From Ascoidea asiatica JCM 7603 (taxonomy: Eukaryota > Fungi > Ascomycota): a DNA stretch of 64,000 nucleotides. The stretch's first letter is position 1. Each line of letters begins with the position of its first letter. Under the pieces are notes generated by a model. The model was given only the letters and a program-made list of their open reading frames with translations. It did no database searches and was not told the DNA's origin. The stretch lies in the NCBI GenBank assembly GCA_001600695.1, contig BCKQ01000001.1, forward strand, positions 526,577 to 590,576. The letters run 5' to 3'. This document shows, one piece after another, positions 1 to 12,933 of this stretch. The translations under genes and the position numbers were made by a program.

Positions 1-996
1 AGTAAAGTAAAGTATTGTATTGAGAATTGAGTAGAATAGTGTAGAATAAATTTGAAAGTAGTGTATTGTAAGTAAAGTGTTGATTATAGAATATTATGGA
101 ATAAAATTTTTATTTCTTTATTTCTTTATTTCTTTATTTCTTTATTAGAGATTGATATTGATATTGATATTGATATTGAAAATTAATTGAAATATGTTTA
201 AGTGAATAAATAATTTAATTTTTAAAATAAAATTTTAAAATTAAATTGGAGAAGAGTTAAAATAATAATTTTTTTATTAAAATGTATCCGAGAATTTAAA
301 ATTGACAGAGATTTGAAGATTTGAATATTTGAAGATTAAAATTTAAGGTAATAAGAAAGTTTTAATGTTTTAATGTTTAATGTTAATATTTTATAACTTT
401 TAATTGAATAATTGTATAATTTAATAATTTAATAATTTAATAAGTGAATAATTGATTAATATTATGAAATGAATTGATAAATATTTCTAATGATTTACAA
501 TAATTTAACTTGATTTAATTTTAAAAATGGATGACTTTTAAATTAATTATGACAGAGTAAAAAAAAAATTGAAGATAATAAAAATAGACTAAATGTTATC
601 TATTATCTAATTATCTATTAGAAGTGTTATTTGATTAATACCAGTAGATTAATATGAAATTCTTAGTTTAAAGATGTCTTGAACTAAAAAAAAAAGAACT
701 GAGATTTTGTAAAAAAAAAGTAATAAAGTGTATTTAAATATTTAATAAATATGAATGTAAATATAAATATTAACGATTGTTAGTTTGTTGGTTGTAAGAT
801 TTATTGATTTATTGATAAGAAATTAGTACTATTTTAGTAAATAGATAATAGTAGTAAATAATGATTTATTTGATTGATATTGATATTAATATTGAAATTG
901 AAATATAAAAGAAGAAAGAGAAAGAGATTAAAAAGGAGAAAAAGAATTGAATTTATATTAATAATTGATTGATATATTATTAATCATTATTTTACT

Positions 997-1046
997 TAGT
1001 AATTACATAGTAATTACATAGTAATTACATAGTAATTACATAGTAA
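997..1046. repeat. 11-bp tandem repeat (TAGTAATTACA)x4.5
   Basis: Read directly. Confidence 0.9.
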
Positions 1047-2174
1047 GTATATTTAATATCTTAATTTATTTGATTTATTTGATATATTTCACTTATTTTC
1101 ACTAACAATCAAACCAAATTTGTCAATTGTGAAAAATTAATTAATTAATTAATAATAGAAATAATAATAATAATATTAGTAGTAGTGGTGGACTATTTGC
1201 ACGTTCATACACTCAGTCAGGATACATTTCGCCATGTTTTTCGCCATTTCTTGTAGCTTCACTCAGCCGGAACAGAGTGTGGATCAGCACAGTGAGCCTT
1301 CGAGGGCTCGTGCACGTAGCAAGATGTGAGTGAGTGAGTGTTTGTATGACTGAAGTGACTGAAGTGACTAAAGTGAGATATGACTGAGATATGACTGATG
1401 TTGTGGTGGGTTGTTGGGGTGGTGGTTGCAGTGGTTACAGTGGTTACAGTGGTGGTTACTTGGTTACTTGGTTACTAGTGGATAGTGGATAGTGGATAGT
1501 GCTAATTAATCTTCGTATTTGGCAAGCTGCACGGGAAACAGGCTACATGCAGCCCGAGATTAACGTTTGCGAAGAATTGAAAAGATTCCTCAGTGAAGTT
1601 CCTCACTCATCGACAGATTTGTTGTTCTGGAGGAGAAATCTGGGTGCGTGTTAGGTTCTTGTTAGGTTCTTGTTAGGTTCTTGTTGTCTGGGCAAGCGCT
1701 TTGCTGTTAACGTTATTATGCTGATATTCTGTTACAAAACTACTCTCCACGCCACACTCAGAAACTGGGAGAGAGTTCAAATTGAATTAGATCAGGTGTA
1801 CTGACCTGTTAACTTGGTAACAACAATTATTAGCAAACAGTTGCTAATTTAGTTCCGTGCGTGTGTTACTTGAGTACTGTACAGTACTTGATTAACTTGC
1901 GGTTCCATTCGGTTCCATCAAGCTCTGTTCAGCTCCATTTAAATTTTCCACTGTGTTCTTCGGTAAATTTGGCCACATCCACTCAACCCATGTTTTTTTA
2001 ACAACGCTTTTGTGCTTTTATTCTATTCTCTTCCACCGCCACGTGAGCCACGGGGCTGGAACAGTTTCATCCACACTCCACACTCCAAACAGTTTACAAA
2101 CACTCAGTCAGTCAATCCACAGTCCGCGTTCCGTGTCCCGTGTCCCGTGTCCCGTGCGGGCTTCAAGGGACTTT

Positions 2175-2219
2175 GAAATCTCCTGGAAATCTCCTGGAAA
2201 TCTCCTGGAAATCTCCTGG
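2175..2219. repeat. 11-bp tandem repeat (GAAATCTCCTG)x4
   Basis: Read directly, inside an intergenic GC island. Confidence 0.9.
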
Positions 2220-4955
2220 AGGAAAAAAGAAGGAAAAAGAGGAAAAAAAGGAACAAAAGGAACTGAAACGAGCCTTGAGCTATTATCCTGTACCGACAAT
2301 TACTTCTGCGTAACATTGGTGTATCTTACAGCACTAGAGCACCACTTTAGTACTACAGTACCACTTTAGTACTACTGGGTTACATGTTTTATATTTTGTA
2401 CCAATAGATTAAACACCAACTAAGTAACAAACACAATTTACACATTCTCACGTAGTTAATTCAAGTACAGTAGCGGTACGATATCAGTTTGCCTTTATCA
2501 ATCATCAGATCATGTTTTATTACTATTTATCTATTTATCTATCTATCTATCTATCTACAATTGCTATGATGAAATTTATTAAGGACATATTGAAAAACGG
2601 GAAATGGGAATAAAAAAGAAATAATTTTGTTTTTTTTATTGAAAAACAGGAAAAAACACATGTTATCAAAGTACTACTGTAAGTTAATTAATAAGTGCAC
2701 CCTTTATTACACTTTTATTACACCCGTGGGGCATGTGGGAAAAATGGGAATCAATTTATATTTTATAATATGAAATTATTTATTATTCTCTTTACTAAAT
2801 GACTCACTTGATTATAAATAAAAATTTTTTTCAAAGTCATTAAATAGTTACTCTTTCTGGAAAGTATTTTGGAAAATTTTTTTGTTTGTTTGTTTGTTTG
2901 TTTTTTTATTTGTTTTGAAATTTGTACCTGTATTTTATTTGTAAATAAATATACCCCATTCTTTAATCCGTTCCTAAAGAAAAAGTTAAGAAAAGAAAAA
3001 TATTCATATTTATGGTATTGAAATTTGAAATTTGAAAATTTCGTTTTGTTTCAAATCAAATCAAATCAAATCAAATCAAATATTTTACTTTTTTTCACAA
3101 ATCACAGTAATTAAATAAAATCATTTTAAAATTCTATATTTTGTTATTTTTTGTAATCAATTCTAAATATATTGCTCAAGCAATATTATAATAGATAAAT
3201 AGATAACTAAATAAATAAATAACTAACTAAATAATTTAAAAGGAAACTTTCCGAGACTCAGACCATCGATTTGTTAAAGTTAGGGCTACATTGCAAGACT
3301 TGCACTGGCTTAAACACACAACTTTAAGCATTAACGCAAGTATTATGCCCAAATGTGGTTGTCAACAGAAGTTGATATAATTACCATATCATTAAAATTG
3401 AGCAGATTTAACTTTAAACTGCACTCAAAAATAAGTTAACGTTTGTTTATATTCTGCAATAAAATTTTAACAACTTTAACAACATTAACGTAATCTCAAA
3501 GTAAGGTAAAAGTAAGGTAATAACGCAATTGCACGTTACATATTTGTAACATTAATGTCAATAACAACAATAATACTCCATTACGAGATCATAATAATAA
3601 TTAATAAATAGATGAATAAATAAATAAATAATAGATGTTGGATGACATTGTAATGTTGAAAATAATTTTATATTTGAACTACGTAATTTGCTTCTAGATC
3701 ATTCATTTTATTTAAACACATGTTTTACTATTTATTTATAATAGTGATGGATATGAAAAATAATTGAACTTATAATTTCAAAAATAAATTTCAACAATTT
3801 TCATAATCATAAATTTCAACATTTTCAATCAAAATTAATCATTTAATTAATTTGGGTAATTTGGTTCAATTAAAGTTAAACAGTCTGTTAATAATATCTT
3901 TTTAACCATTAACCATTAACCATTAACCTTTAACCATTAATTATTACAGTAATATGTGATTAATTAATCAATTAAGTAATTACTTAATTATATTCAACCG
4001 TTACTGAGGAAAATAACCTTAATAACCTTAATAACTACAACAAAATAATTATCCATGATCCTGAATATTGGTTTCGATTTGTTTCGATTTGTTTCGATTT
4101 GTTTCGATTTAAAAGTAATAAGAATTTATAAATTTGATCTGGTTTTGAAACTTGAAATTCACAATTTCTTTAAGTCCAAATTCTACTTACCAATTTAATC
4201 CTATGGTATTCAATTACATAAGCTTAATTCCACTTACATTTTATTTGTGGTGTTTGTGGTGTTTGTGGTGTTTGTGGTGTTTCTAAAGCACCAGATCTCG
4301 TGTCTGAGACGTAAACCCATCTGCAGTAGTACCATCTCCACTGCCACTGGTAACCATCTTTGTAGTAATAGTAATAATAGCAATAGTAACAATAGTACCA
4401 CTTACACAGAACCACCACCCAGGATCAATTAATGCCCTGCAATCAACATCATAAACCATGTTGAATTTAATTATTCCATTTCCACCTTCTTTTCATTTCT
4501 TGTACCAATAACCAATGGTAATTTTACGCGTTAACATTTAAATTTAAATTTAAATTAAAATTAAAATTAAAATTTAATTTCACTTGTCCTAGAATGTCCT
4601 ATAATTTTGAACTTCATATCCTACGTCCCAATTTAAAAATAAAAAAAAAAAAAAAAAAAAAAAACAATCCCAAATATTCTAAAGAGTCATCCCTCTGTCC
4701 TATTGCGTCTTGAATATTTTTTCATTTATTCTTTTTATCTCTCGGTTGTTTATTTCCGCCCGATAAATTTAAATTTCTTTAATATGTTTAATAAATATCG
4801 ACAATTTAAATTATATTTAATTCAATTTACAGCCAATATTTTCAATAATATATATAAATTAATCAAATTTGAATAATAATAAATAAATAACTATTCATAT
4901 TCTTCTATTCATATTCTCTTATATAATTATATTCTTATATAAACAAATATAAAAA

Positions 4956-6080
4956 ATGTCATTGAAAAAAGTTTTAATAATTGGTAAAATTTATCCAGAA
5001 GATTTATCATTTATACAATTTTCAAAAAAATTTGAAATAATTTTATATAATTATATTTCAAAATCTAAATTTATAAATGATTTAATTACAATTTATAATG
5101 ATATTTCTGCAATTTGGTTATCTCATGGTGGTTTATTATCAAAAAATGGTTATGATGAATTTGATAATAATTTATATAATTCATTACCAAATTCTTTAAA
5201 ATGTATAGTTTTATGTTCAATTGGTTATGATAGATATGATATAAAAAAATTAAAAGATTTAAATATAATTTTATGTAATAGAAATTCAATTGGTTCAAAT
5301 GATGTTGCTGATTTAGCTCTATATAATGTTTTAATGTCTTTTAGATATATAAATTTATTTGAAAATCAATTAAAAATTTCTGGGGATACTATAAATTCAA
5401 GAATTAATTTATCTTCAAATAATTTTAATTATAAAATTGGTAAATCAATTTTAATTTCAAAAAATGATCCAAATAGAAAATTTTTTGCTTTAGGTGATTT
5501 AATTTCTGGTAAAAAAGTTACAAGTCCAAATGGTAAAATTGCTGCAATTATTGGTTTAGGTGAAATTGGTAAACAAATTGCAATAAGATTAAATTCATTG
5601 GGTATGATAATTCATTATTATAAAAGAAATAAAATTTCAAATTCCAATTTAAATTTAAATTTTAATTTTAATTTTAATTTAACTTATCATAATAATTTTA
5701 ATTCAATTATTAAAATTGCAGATATTATAATTTTTGCATTACCTTTATCAAAAGAAACAAAATATTTATTTAATTTTGATTCATTAAAATTAATTAAAAA
5801 AAATGTAAAAATTGTTAATATTTCAAGAGGTCAAATTATTAATGAATTAGCTTTAATTAAAGGTTTAGAAGATGGTATTATAAGTTATGCAGCTTTAGAT
5901 GTTTTTGAAAATGAATCAAATATTAATCCAAAATTAATAAATAGAGATGATGTAACTATAACTCCTCATATTGGTTCTTCAACTTATGATCAAGTTATTG
6001 ATAGTTTTAAATTATGTCAAGATAATATTATTGATATTTTACTTAATAATGGTACTGGAATTTCTCCAGTTAATCTATAA
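4956..6080 (+). CDS. D-isomer-specific 2-hydroxyacid dehydrogenase (glyoxylate reductase / YPL113C-YGL185C-like)
   Basis: 374-aa ORF with Rossmann motif IIGLGEIG, IVNISRG (catalytic Arg), ALDVFENE and TPHIGS (catalytic His); N-terminal SIGYDRYD substrate-domain motif. Confidence 0.9.
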   Translation: MSLKKVLIIGKIYPEDLSFIQFSKKFEIILYNYISKSKFINDLITIYNDISAIWLSHGGLLSKNGYDEFDNNLYNSLPNSLKCIVLCSIGYDRYDIKKLKDLNIILCNRNSIGSNDVADLALYNVLMSFRYINLFENQLKISGDTINSRINLSSNNFNYKIGKSILISKNDPNRKFFALGDLISGKKVTSPNGKIAAIIGLGEIGKQIAIRLNSLGMIIHYYKRNKISNSNLNLNFNFNFNLTYHNNFNSIIKIADIIIFALPLSKETKYLFNFDSLKLIKKNVKIVNISRGQIINELALIKGLEDGIISYAALDVFENESNINPKLINRDDVTITPHIGSSTYDQVIDSFKLCQDNIIDILLNNGTGISPVNL

Positions 6081-6149
6081 AACTAAGATACAGTATATAA
6101 TTATAATCTATTTTATAATAACGAATAAAATGTGATAAATTGTATTATT

Positions 6150-7350
6150 CCTTTAATTTCAATAATCTTCTTTCTGTTTCTTTTAAATTGAAAAAAGAAA
6201 AAAAAAAAGAATCTTTAAAAAAATCTTCTTCTTTTTCATTCTCATTCTCAAATTTTTTTCCATTCATTATCTTTTCTTAAGATCTGGTCATCATCTTTAA
6301 TGTTATCCTTTAGATTTTAAATATCATTTGATTGAGAACTTTCAGTTGAATTTAGATTATCATAAAAAACTAGAAGGTAAAGATATGAATTTTTTACTTC
6401 TTTTAACTCTAGAAGAAGTAGAAGAAATAGAAGAAATAGAAGAAGTTTTGTTATTTTTCAATTTACCAATATATTTTAGTTAAAGAACATTCTTTTATAT
6501 CATTTTTCCCAAAATTATCATTAATTTTTTTATTCTTTTTGCTTTTAAAAGTTTTTCTAACTTATTTTGCATTGATTTACTTATTATGATTATCATCAAA
6601 ATCATTATTATTAAAATGATTAACAAGTATTATTTAACTAATTTTTTTGAAATAAATGTTAATTCAAGAATGATTAAAAGATTGAAATTATTTTGAAATT
6701 TTAAAATTTTTTGAAACAGTTGATAAATCAGGTTTTGGATCAGGATGAGAATTATATCAATAAATAGCTTCATTTAAACATTTATGATTTTCTTTGAATG
6801 GATAAGCAGATGACTTTTTTTTACTTTCATTTCAATTCTTCTCATTTCTTCTGTTTCTTATTTTTTGTTTATTTTATTTTCCGAATAATAATTTATTTTT
6901 AAAACTATTTCATTGATTGAGTAATTGATGTTTTCTTTTCATTTTTTTTAACCTACTTCATATGAATTTCTATTTTTAATAATATCCAAAGAGAAGACTA
7001 TCCAAAGAGAAGACTACATGAAATATCATATTACTATTCAATAAAAAGTAATAAAAAAGTATCATTGTTACTATTAATTATAAAACTATTCAAGTCACAA
7101 AATGATTTAGAAACACAACGCCAATATCTTGGGAGTTCTTTTGGTTTCCGAATGCGGAAATTTACAGATTTACATCAAATCCAATTACTCTCATTGTTTT
7201 AACAATTTTTACGTAATCAAACGTGAATATATGAGACCAAATTATTGGATCCATTTCTTTTGAATTTTTAATATAGAAAATGACTTCCTTGAAGTGTTTT
7301 TAAGATCTTTGAAGTTTTAAAGTGAAAACCTGGAGAAAAATAAATGATTT
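6150..7350 (-). pseudogene. Possible decayed protein-coding sequence of unknown family
   Basis: Manual minus-strand translation gives protein-like stretches broken by stops and frameshifts: HFKEVIFYIKNSKEMDPIIWSHIFTFDYVKIVKTMRVIGFDVN / FRIRKPKELPRYWRCVSKSFCDLNSF / SSAYPFKENHKCLNEAIY*YNSHPDPKPDLSTVSKNFKISK* / KTSSISSISSTSSRVKRSKKFISLPSS / DNLNSTESSQSNDI*NLKDNIKDDDQILRKDNEW. Boundaries approximate. Confidence 0.4.
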
Positions 7351-9088
7351 GAAGCAAGAGAATAGAAAAATGAATTAATTGATGTGAGAAAGTGAATATT
7401 TTATTAATAGTTGACTTGATTTGTATTCTTAATTCTATTCTTAATTATCATAAAGAAAAGCTTTTAAAAAAAAAATAAAAAATAGAACCTGACTCAATAT
7501 TGTTTCTTTGTAATTATTATTGATATTATTGTTTTGATAAATATTCAAATTTACAGAGTTTCCTAACTCGTCTTAAGACAATTGATTGTTACGTAACTTT
7601 TTTTTCAATTTAGAACATTTTAGAACATTTCAGAGCCAAATCGAGCCTGCTGCAAACACCGAGAAAAAAAAGAAAAAAAAAGAAAAAAATGTTCATGCGC
7701 CGGTAACATGTTTATGGCCGTGCTATAATGCATTAAGAGTGATTTATCAGTGGCTTTCAAATACCATCAAAAGCCGAGAATTTTTAACGCTGGCAAAAAC
7801 GCATTTTCAAACGGATGTTTTATTTTGGGAATGAATTAGACGGCGACGCCACCCGATTTCTGTTCAAATTTACCAGAGAACCAAAAATTTATTCTTTCTA
7901 TGTAAATTTGATGATCTTGAGACCATTTCTGGTTACATATTTTATACGTAATAATAAATAAAATAGTAATATCTGGGTAAAAATTGAAAATACCTGAAAT
8001 TCAGGTTTTAATAAATAGGCTCACCATAACTTCACCATAACTAAACCATAACAGTGCCGTAAACAGACAGAAAAACAACGCGTGAGAAATAGTAATAAAT
8101 ATTCCCAATTTGATTGACAGACAGAGTTCGATTGTCCATGTTTCAGCGCGGTATGGACGTGACGGACCAGAGACACGGGTCTGGAATCTCTGCGAGGTTT
8201 GACTTGGCAGGCAGGTCACGCGACCCGGTTGCTACTAATAGGTGGGGCAGGAGCCAAGCTTTGCAAGGAACCACGACGCAACATTACAGGTACAATGCAC
8301 CGACATACGTTTGTTAACAGTGATGGGCGTATCAACAAGTGGATTCCCGGGAATCTGAGCCAACGGGGAGCTGGGCTGCCTGCGAGTGCCTTTCAAGTGC
8401 CTTATTCGGCAGATATACATGCATTCCGGCCTTGAACATTGTCACTCGCTTTCAACACCATTCAAAACCAGCCCCAGCTTCACTTTTTCATATCAATTCT
8501 TTTTTTAAATACCTTCATTTATCATCTTACAAAATTATCTTTCAATTCTATAATTTCCTTTCTTTCTTTTCTCTTTCTTCTTTCTTTCTAATTTCTTGAT
8601 TCCTAATTTTTTTCTTTCCATTTCATTTATCTAATTGTAATAAATTACTAACAATTTTGAATCAAATATAATCTAATAAAATTCATTTAATTTAAAGAAA
8701 TATAAATTTAATTCAAGTCGTCTAGACTATCATATTTCTTTTTTTACTCTCTTTAAAAAACCAACTATTATTCTTTCCTTAATTTTTACTGGTTTCAATA
8801 TAATAATAATCTATATAATTACTTACTTTTATATAGTTTTTTAGTCTTTCATTATAATTAAAAAAAAACATAATTTAGAAAAGTATTATTTACTTATTAT
8901 ATTTCCTGTCAGATTCATTCCTTAATTTAAGATTTATTTCCTGTATAACTAATTAATTATTTTAATCAAATTAATCAATTATTTATTCAATTAACAAAAA
9001 AAAAAAAAAAAAAAAAAAAACAATCAAACAAATAACTCAAAAGAATTTTTAAAAATTTCAATTATTTCTATTTCTATTTCTATTTCTA

Positions 9089-10354
9089 ATGAAATTTTCA
9101 AATTCAATTATTTTGGGTTTATCAACCCTTTTAATAAATTTTGTAATTGCAGCACCTTTTAATCAACAACAAGATTTAAAGAAAAAAGAGGTAATTTTAG
9201 AAAATTCTGAATGTACTTCAACTGTTAATTATAAACATTCTCATCATAATCATAAAAGAGCTGTTGCTGTTGAATATGAATATGTTACTGTAACTGTTAA
9301 TAAAGAAGGTAAAACAATTACCGCAACTTCTTCATCATCTTCAACATTTAAAAATGAAGCAACTGATACTTCAATTGATTTATCAATTGAAATTACAACA
9401 ACTTTAGGTTCTTCAACATCTTCATCATCATCATCATCTTCAAGTATTATTTCTTCTTCAACTACAGAAACTGAAGCTGAATCAACTCCAACTTATTCTA
9501 CAAGTGATTCAATTTATGGAGATTTATCTGATTTTGAAGATCCAACTGAAGAATTTGAAGATGGTGTAACTGATTGTACAACATTTCCAACTGGTAATGG
9601 TGTAATTTCTTTAGATCATCTTGGTTTTGGAGGTTGGTCTGGAATTGAATTAATTAATTCAGATACTGATATTGAAACTGGTGGTAAATGTAGAGAAGGT
9701 GCTTATTGTTCTTATGCTTGTCAACCAGGTATGTCAAAAACTCAATGGCCTTCATCACAACCAAGTTCTGGAGTTTCAATTGGTGGTTTACTTTGTAAAA
9801 ATGGTAAATTATATAAATCAAATTCAAGATCAAATTATTTATGTGAATGGGGAAAAGATACTGCATATGTTGTAAATGAATTATCAGAAACTGTTGCAGT
9901 TTGTAGAACTGATTATCCAGGTACTGAAAATATGGTAATTCCAACAGTTGTAACTTCAGGTAATAATTTACCATTAACAGTTGTTGATCAAGATACTTAT
10001 TATACATGGGAAGGTGGTGCAACATCTGCACAATATTATGTTAATAATGCAGGAATTGATTGGGAAGAAGGTTGTTCATGGGGTTCATCATCTTCAACTT
10101 ATGGTAATTGGGCACCATTAAATTTTGGAGCAGGTTATGCAAGTGGTGTTTCATATTTATCATTAATTCCAAATCCAAATAATTTAGATTCTGCAAATTT
10201 TAAAGTTGAAATTATTGCATATGGTAATAATGATTCTACTACTATTTCTGGAACATGTTCATATGCTGATGGTGTTTATAATGATGATGGATCAGATGGT
10301 TGTACAATTGGTGTTACTGTTGGTCAAGCTCAATTCCGTCTTTATAATGATTAA
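9089..10354 (+). CDS. SUN41: Secreted SUN-family beta-glucosidase/glucanase (Sun41/Sim1-like)
   Basis: Signal peptide, His-rich propeptide ending in a Kex2 site (HHNHKR|AV), Ser/Thr-rich linker, then SUN domain with [43 protein letters not shown] and [11 protein letters not shown]. Confidence 0.92.
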   Translation: MKFSNSIILGLSTLLINFVIAAPFNQQQDLKKKEVILENSECTSTVNYKHSHHNHKRAVAVEYEYVTVTVNKEGKTITATSSSSSTFKNEATDTSIDLSIEITTTLGSSTSSSSSSSSSIISSSTTETEAESTPTYSTSDSIYGDLSDFEDPTEEFEDGVTDCTTFPTGNGVISLDHLGFGGWSGIELINSDTDIETGGKCREGAYCSYACQPGMSKTQWPSSQPSSGVSIGGLLCKNGKLYKSNSRSNYLCEWGKDTAYVVNELSETVAVCRTDYPGTENMVIPTVVTSGNNLPLTVVDQDTYYTWEGGATSAQYYVNNAGIDWEEGCSWGSSSSTYGNWAPLNFGAGYASGVSYLSLIPNPNNLDSANFKVEIIAYGNNDSTTISGTCSYADGVYNDDGSDGCTIGVTVGQAQFRLYND

Positions 10355-11116
10355 ATTTAATTATTTAATTATTTAATTATTTAATTATTTAATTATTTAC
10401 TTATTTACTTATTTAATTGAGTAAATTTTGTTAATTGAATGAATATTTAATATTTAATATTTAATATTTAATATCTAATTGATTTTATTTTTAAACTTTA
10501 TAATTACCATTTCACAACTAATTCTCACTCTCTTTTTAGTTTTATATTAGTAGTGTTATTCAATATTTATAAAGTTCTTTTTTTTTTTATATCCAATTAG
10601 TCAGTCAATACTTATTATTATTATTATTACTTTACATATTTTGCTATTTTTTTTTTATATCTCTTGCTATTTATTATTTTTTTATTAAATTTACTATTAC
10701 AATTACTATTACAATTACTATTATTATTATATCCTTATTTTAAAAATTTACTTTATTCTTATTCGAAATTTGGTTACAATTCTCTCTTTTTATTATCATA
10801 TTTTATTTTTTCAAAATTGTTTATTTATTTACTAGTAATGTATATTATCTATGTTTGATTAATAACCATTGAGAAAAATTATAAGATAAAAGATAAAAGA
10901 GGAAAATAAAATGTAATTCAAATATATTCTTTCTCTTTCTTTAACTTATTCATTATTTATCACTTCTTTCAAAGACTATTTTCTTCTTTCAATAAACTTC
11001 AATATCTTTTTTTTAAATTATATTGTATATTCTCTTTGATATACATTATACTCACTGTATTTAATACAAGTTAAAATTCCAAAAAAAAAAGAATTCAATT
11101 TTTTAAAAGCAATGTT

Positions 11117-11188
11117 TTCCGATACCGGGAGTCGAACCCGGGTCTCCTCGGTGAAAGCGAGGTATGATCACCGTTACACTATATCGGA
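11117..11188 (-). tRNA. tRNA-Glu (TTC)
   Basis: Minus strand TCCGATATAGTGTAACGGTGATCATACCTCG-CT-TTC-AC-CGAGGAGACCCGGGTTCGACTCCCGGTATCGGAA: full cloverleaf, close to yeast tRNA-Glu(UUC). T10 run downstream at 11081-11090. Confidence 0.97.
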
Positions 11189-12738
11189 GTAAACATTAAT
11201 CAACGAAGCTTAATCTAATCCAATCAAAGAAATCAGATAATAGTAGTTTTGTTAATGAATGTTGGGTGCTAGGAGTACCTTGTTCTTGGTCTCCGTCTGA
11301 GTATTTGTGATTTTTCACTTTTTCCGCTTTTCGATTCCCAAATTTGTTTTGCTTTCAGTTTCAGTGAATGATTTCAGAAACAAACAAACAAACGAATGAA
11401 TAAATGAATAAATGAATGAATGAATGAATGAAAGAAAGAGATAGATATGAAATACTAATACTGATACTGATACCAAGAACTGAAAACAATCTCATAAAGT
11501 TATATTTTATATAATATTCCTATCCAAGAACCTGTTCCAAGTGCTTCATTTCTGGGAAAGAACTGCCCAGTCTCATTGCAGTCTCCGTCTCGACTGCTTT
11601 CATTTCTGGGCTATTTTTGATACTGTTTTTGTAAATGTTCTTTTACGGCTGTTTGTAAGGCCATTTTGTATGGGCATTTTGCAGATTTGCTTTGTGTGAG
11701 CAGTTTTGGCATTTGTTTTTGATCTTTTTATCTTTTTCTTTTTCTTTTTCTTTTTCTTTTGCTTTGTCTGCTTGGGAAAAGCAAACCAGTTTTTATTCGC
11801 AGATTTCTTTCTTCTCTTCGCTTTCCATTCGCTTTCTGTCTTCATTTTCATTTTCATTTTCATTTTCATTTTCATTTTCATTTTCCTGCGATTTCATAAT
11901 ATTTCACTTCACTGCTTTCATTTCATTTCTTTCTCTTATTCAATTCTTCTTCTCTTTTTGGTCATTTCTCTTTGCCAATTTCCATTTTGTTTGCCTTTTG
12001 CTTTCTTTCATCACATTTTTTTTAGCCACTTTTTTCAGACCTCTTTTGAATCCCAAACCCAACAACAACTCACTCACTCACTCACTCACTCACTCACTCA
12101 CTCACTCCCATTCTTTATTCTTCATCCTTCATCCTTCATCCTTTATTCTTCTTGTTCTTAAATCACTCTTTGAGCTGATAACAACGTACTTTTCACTGTA
12201 GCTTTTCATTGCAGCTTTGACTGTAGTTTTTGTTTTGTTTTGTTTGCTTTCAATTTTCAATTTTCTTTCTGCCCATACAATTTCTTCATTTCTCTTTATT
12301 TTTTGCCTCTACTTTTCACTTTCATTACAATCATTACAATAATTACTTTTATAGCATTCAGTACCTTTACCGTGTAAAAAAATTTGATTAAATAAATATA
12401 TCTTAATACTACTAAAACTTGTTACATATACAGATACATAATATAATAGTATCATATAATATAATAGTATATCACACACATATATATATATATATATATC
12501 AAAATCACCTAATTTTTATCTTCTTTTAATATCTTATTCATTATTTAACTTCTCTTTCTTTTCATCATAAGCTTTACATTTATGTTTATATCTTTAAATT
12601 TTATTAAAAATAACATTTGTAAAGTATTTTAATTTATATACTTTATTAATTTAAAGATTTAAAATAAAAAAAAAAAAAATATCAGATTTTTACATTTACA
12701 AAAATATAAATTATAAATTATTTATTATAAATTTATTC

Positions 12739-12901
12739 ATGAGCGCATCAAAAAGTATGTATAAATTTAAATATATTCAATATAAATAAATAACTTATTA
12801 ATATTATAATATATAAAATACTAACAATTTATCTTTAAAGAGGGTTTTTCAATATCATATATTCTTTCCCCAAATCAAAATGATAATACAAATCAATCAT
12901 C

Positions 12902-12933
<32 letters not shown>

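Noticed and set aside
1953-2369. Short ORFs in GC islands (also 4224-4432, 7586-8599, 20572-20912, 27051-27963, 32981-33286, 35898-36086, 52695-53083, 56643-56967)
   Set aside because: Mostly GTG/TTG starts, no recognisable domains, repeat-derived sequence and codon usage unlike the real genes. Stop codons are simply rarer in GC-rich promoter DNA.
8646-8697. TACTAAC upstream of the SUN gene as part of a 5' UTR intron (known for yeast SIM1/SUN4)
   Set aside because: No canonical GTATGT/GTAAGT donor found upstream, only GTATGG at 8151. It cannot be supported without RNA-seq.
11600-12201. F/S/I-rich ORFs upstream of HPC2
   Set aside because: Products of (TTTTCA)n, (CACT)n and pyrimidine tracts.
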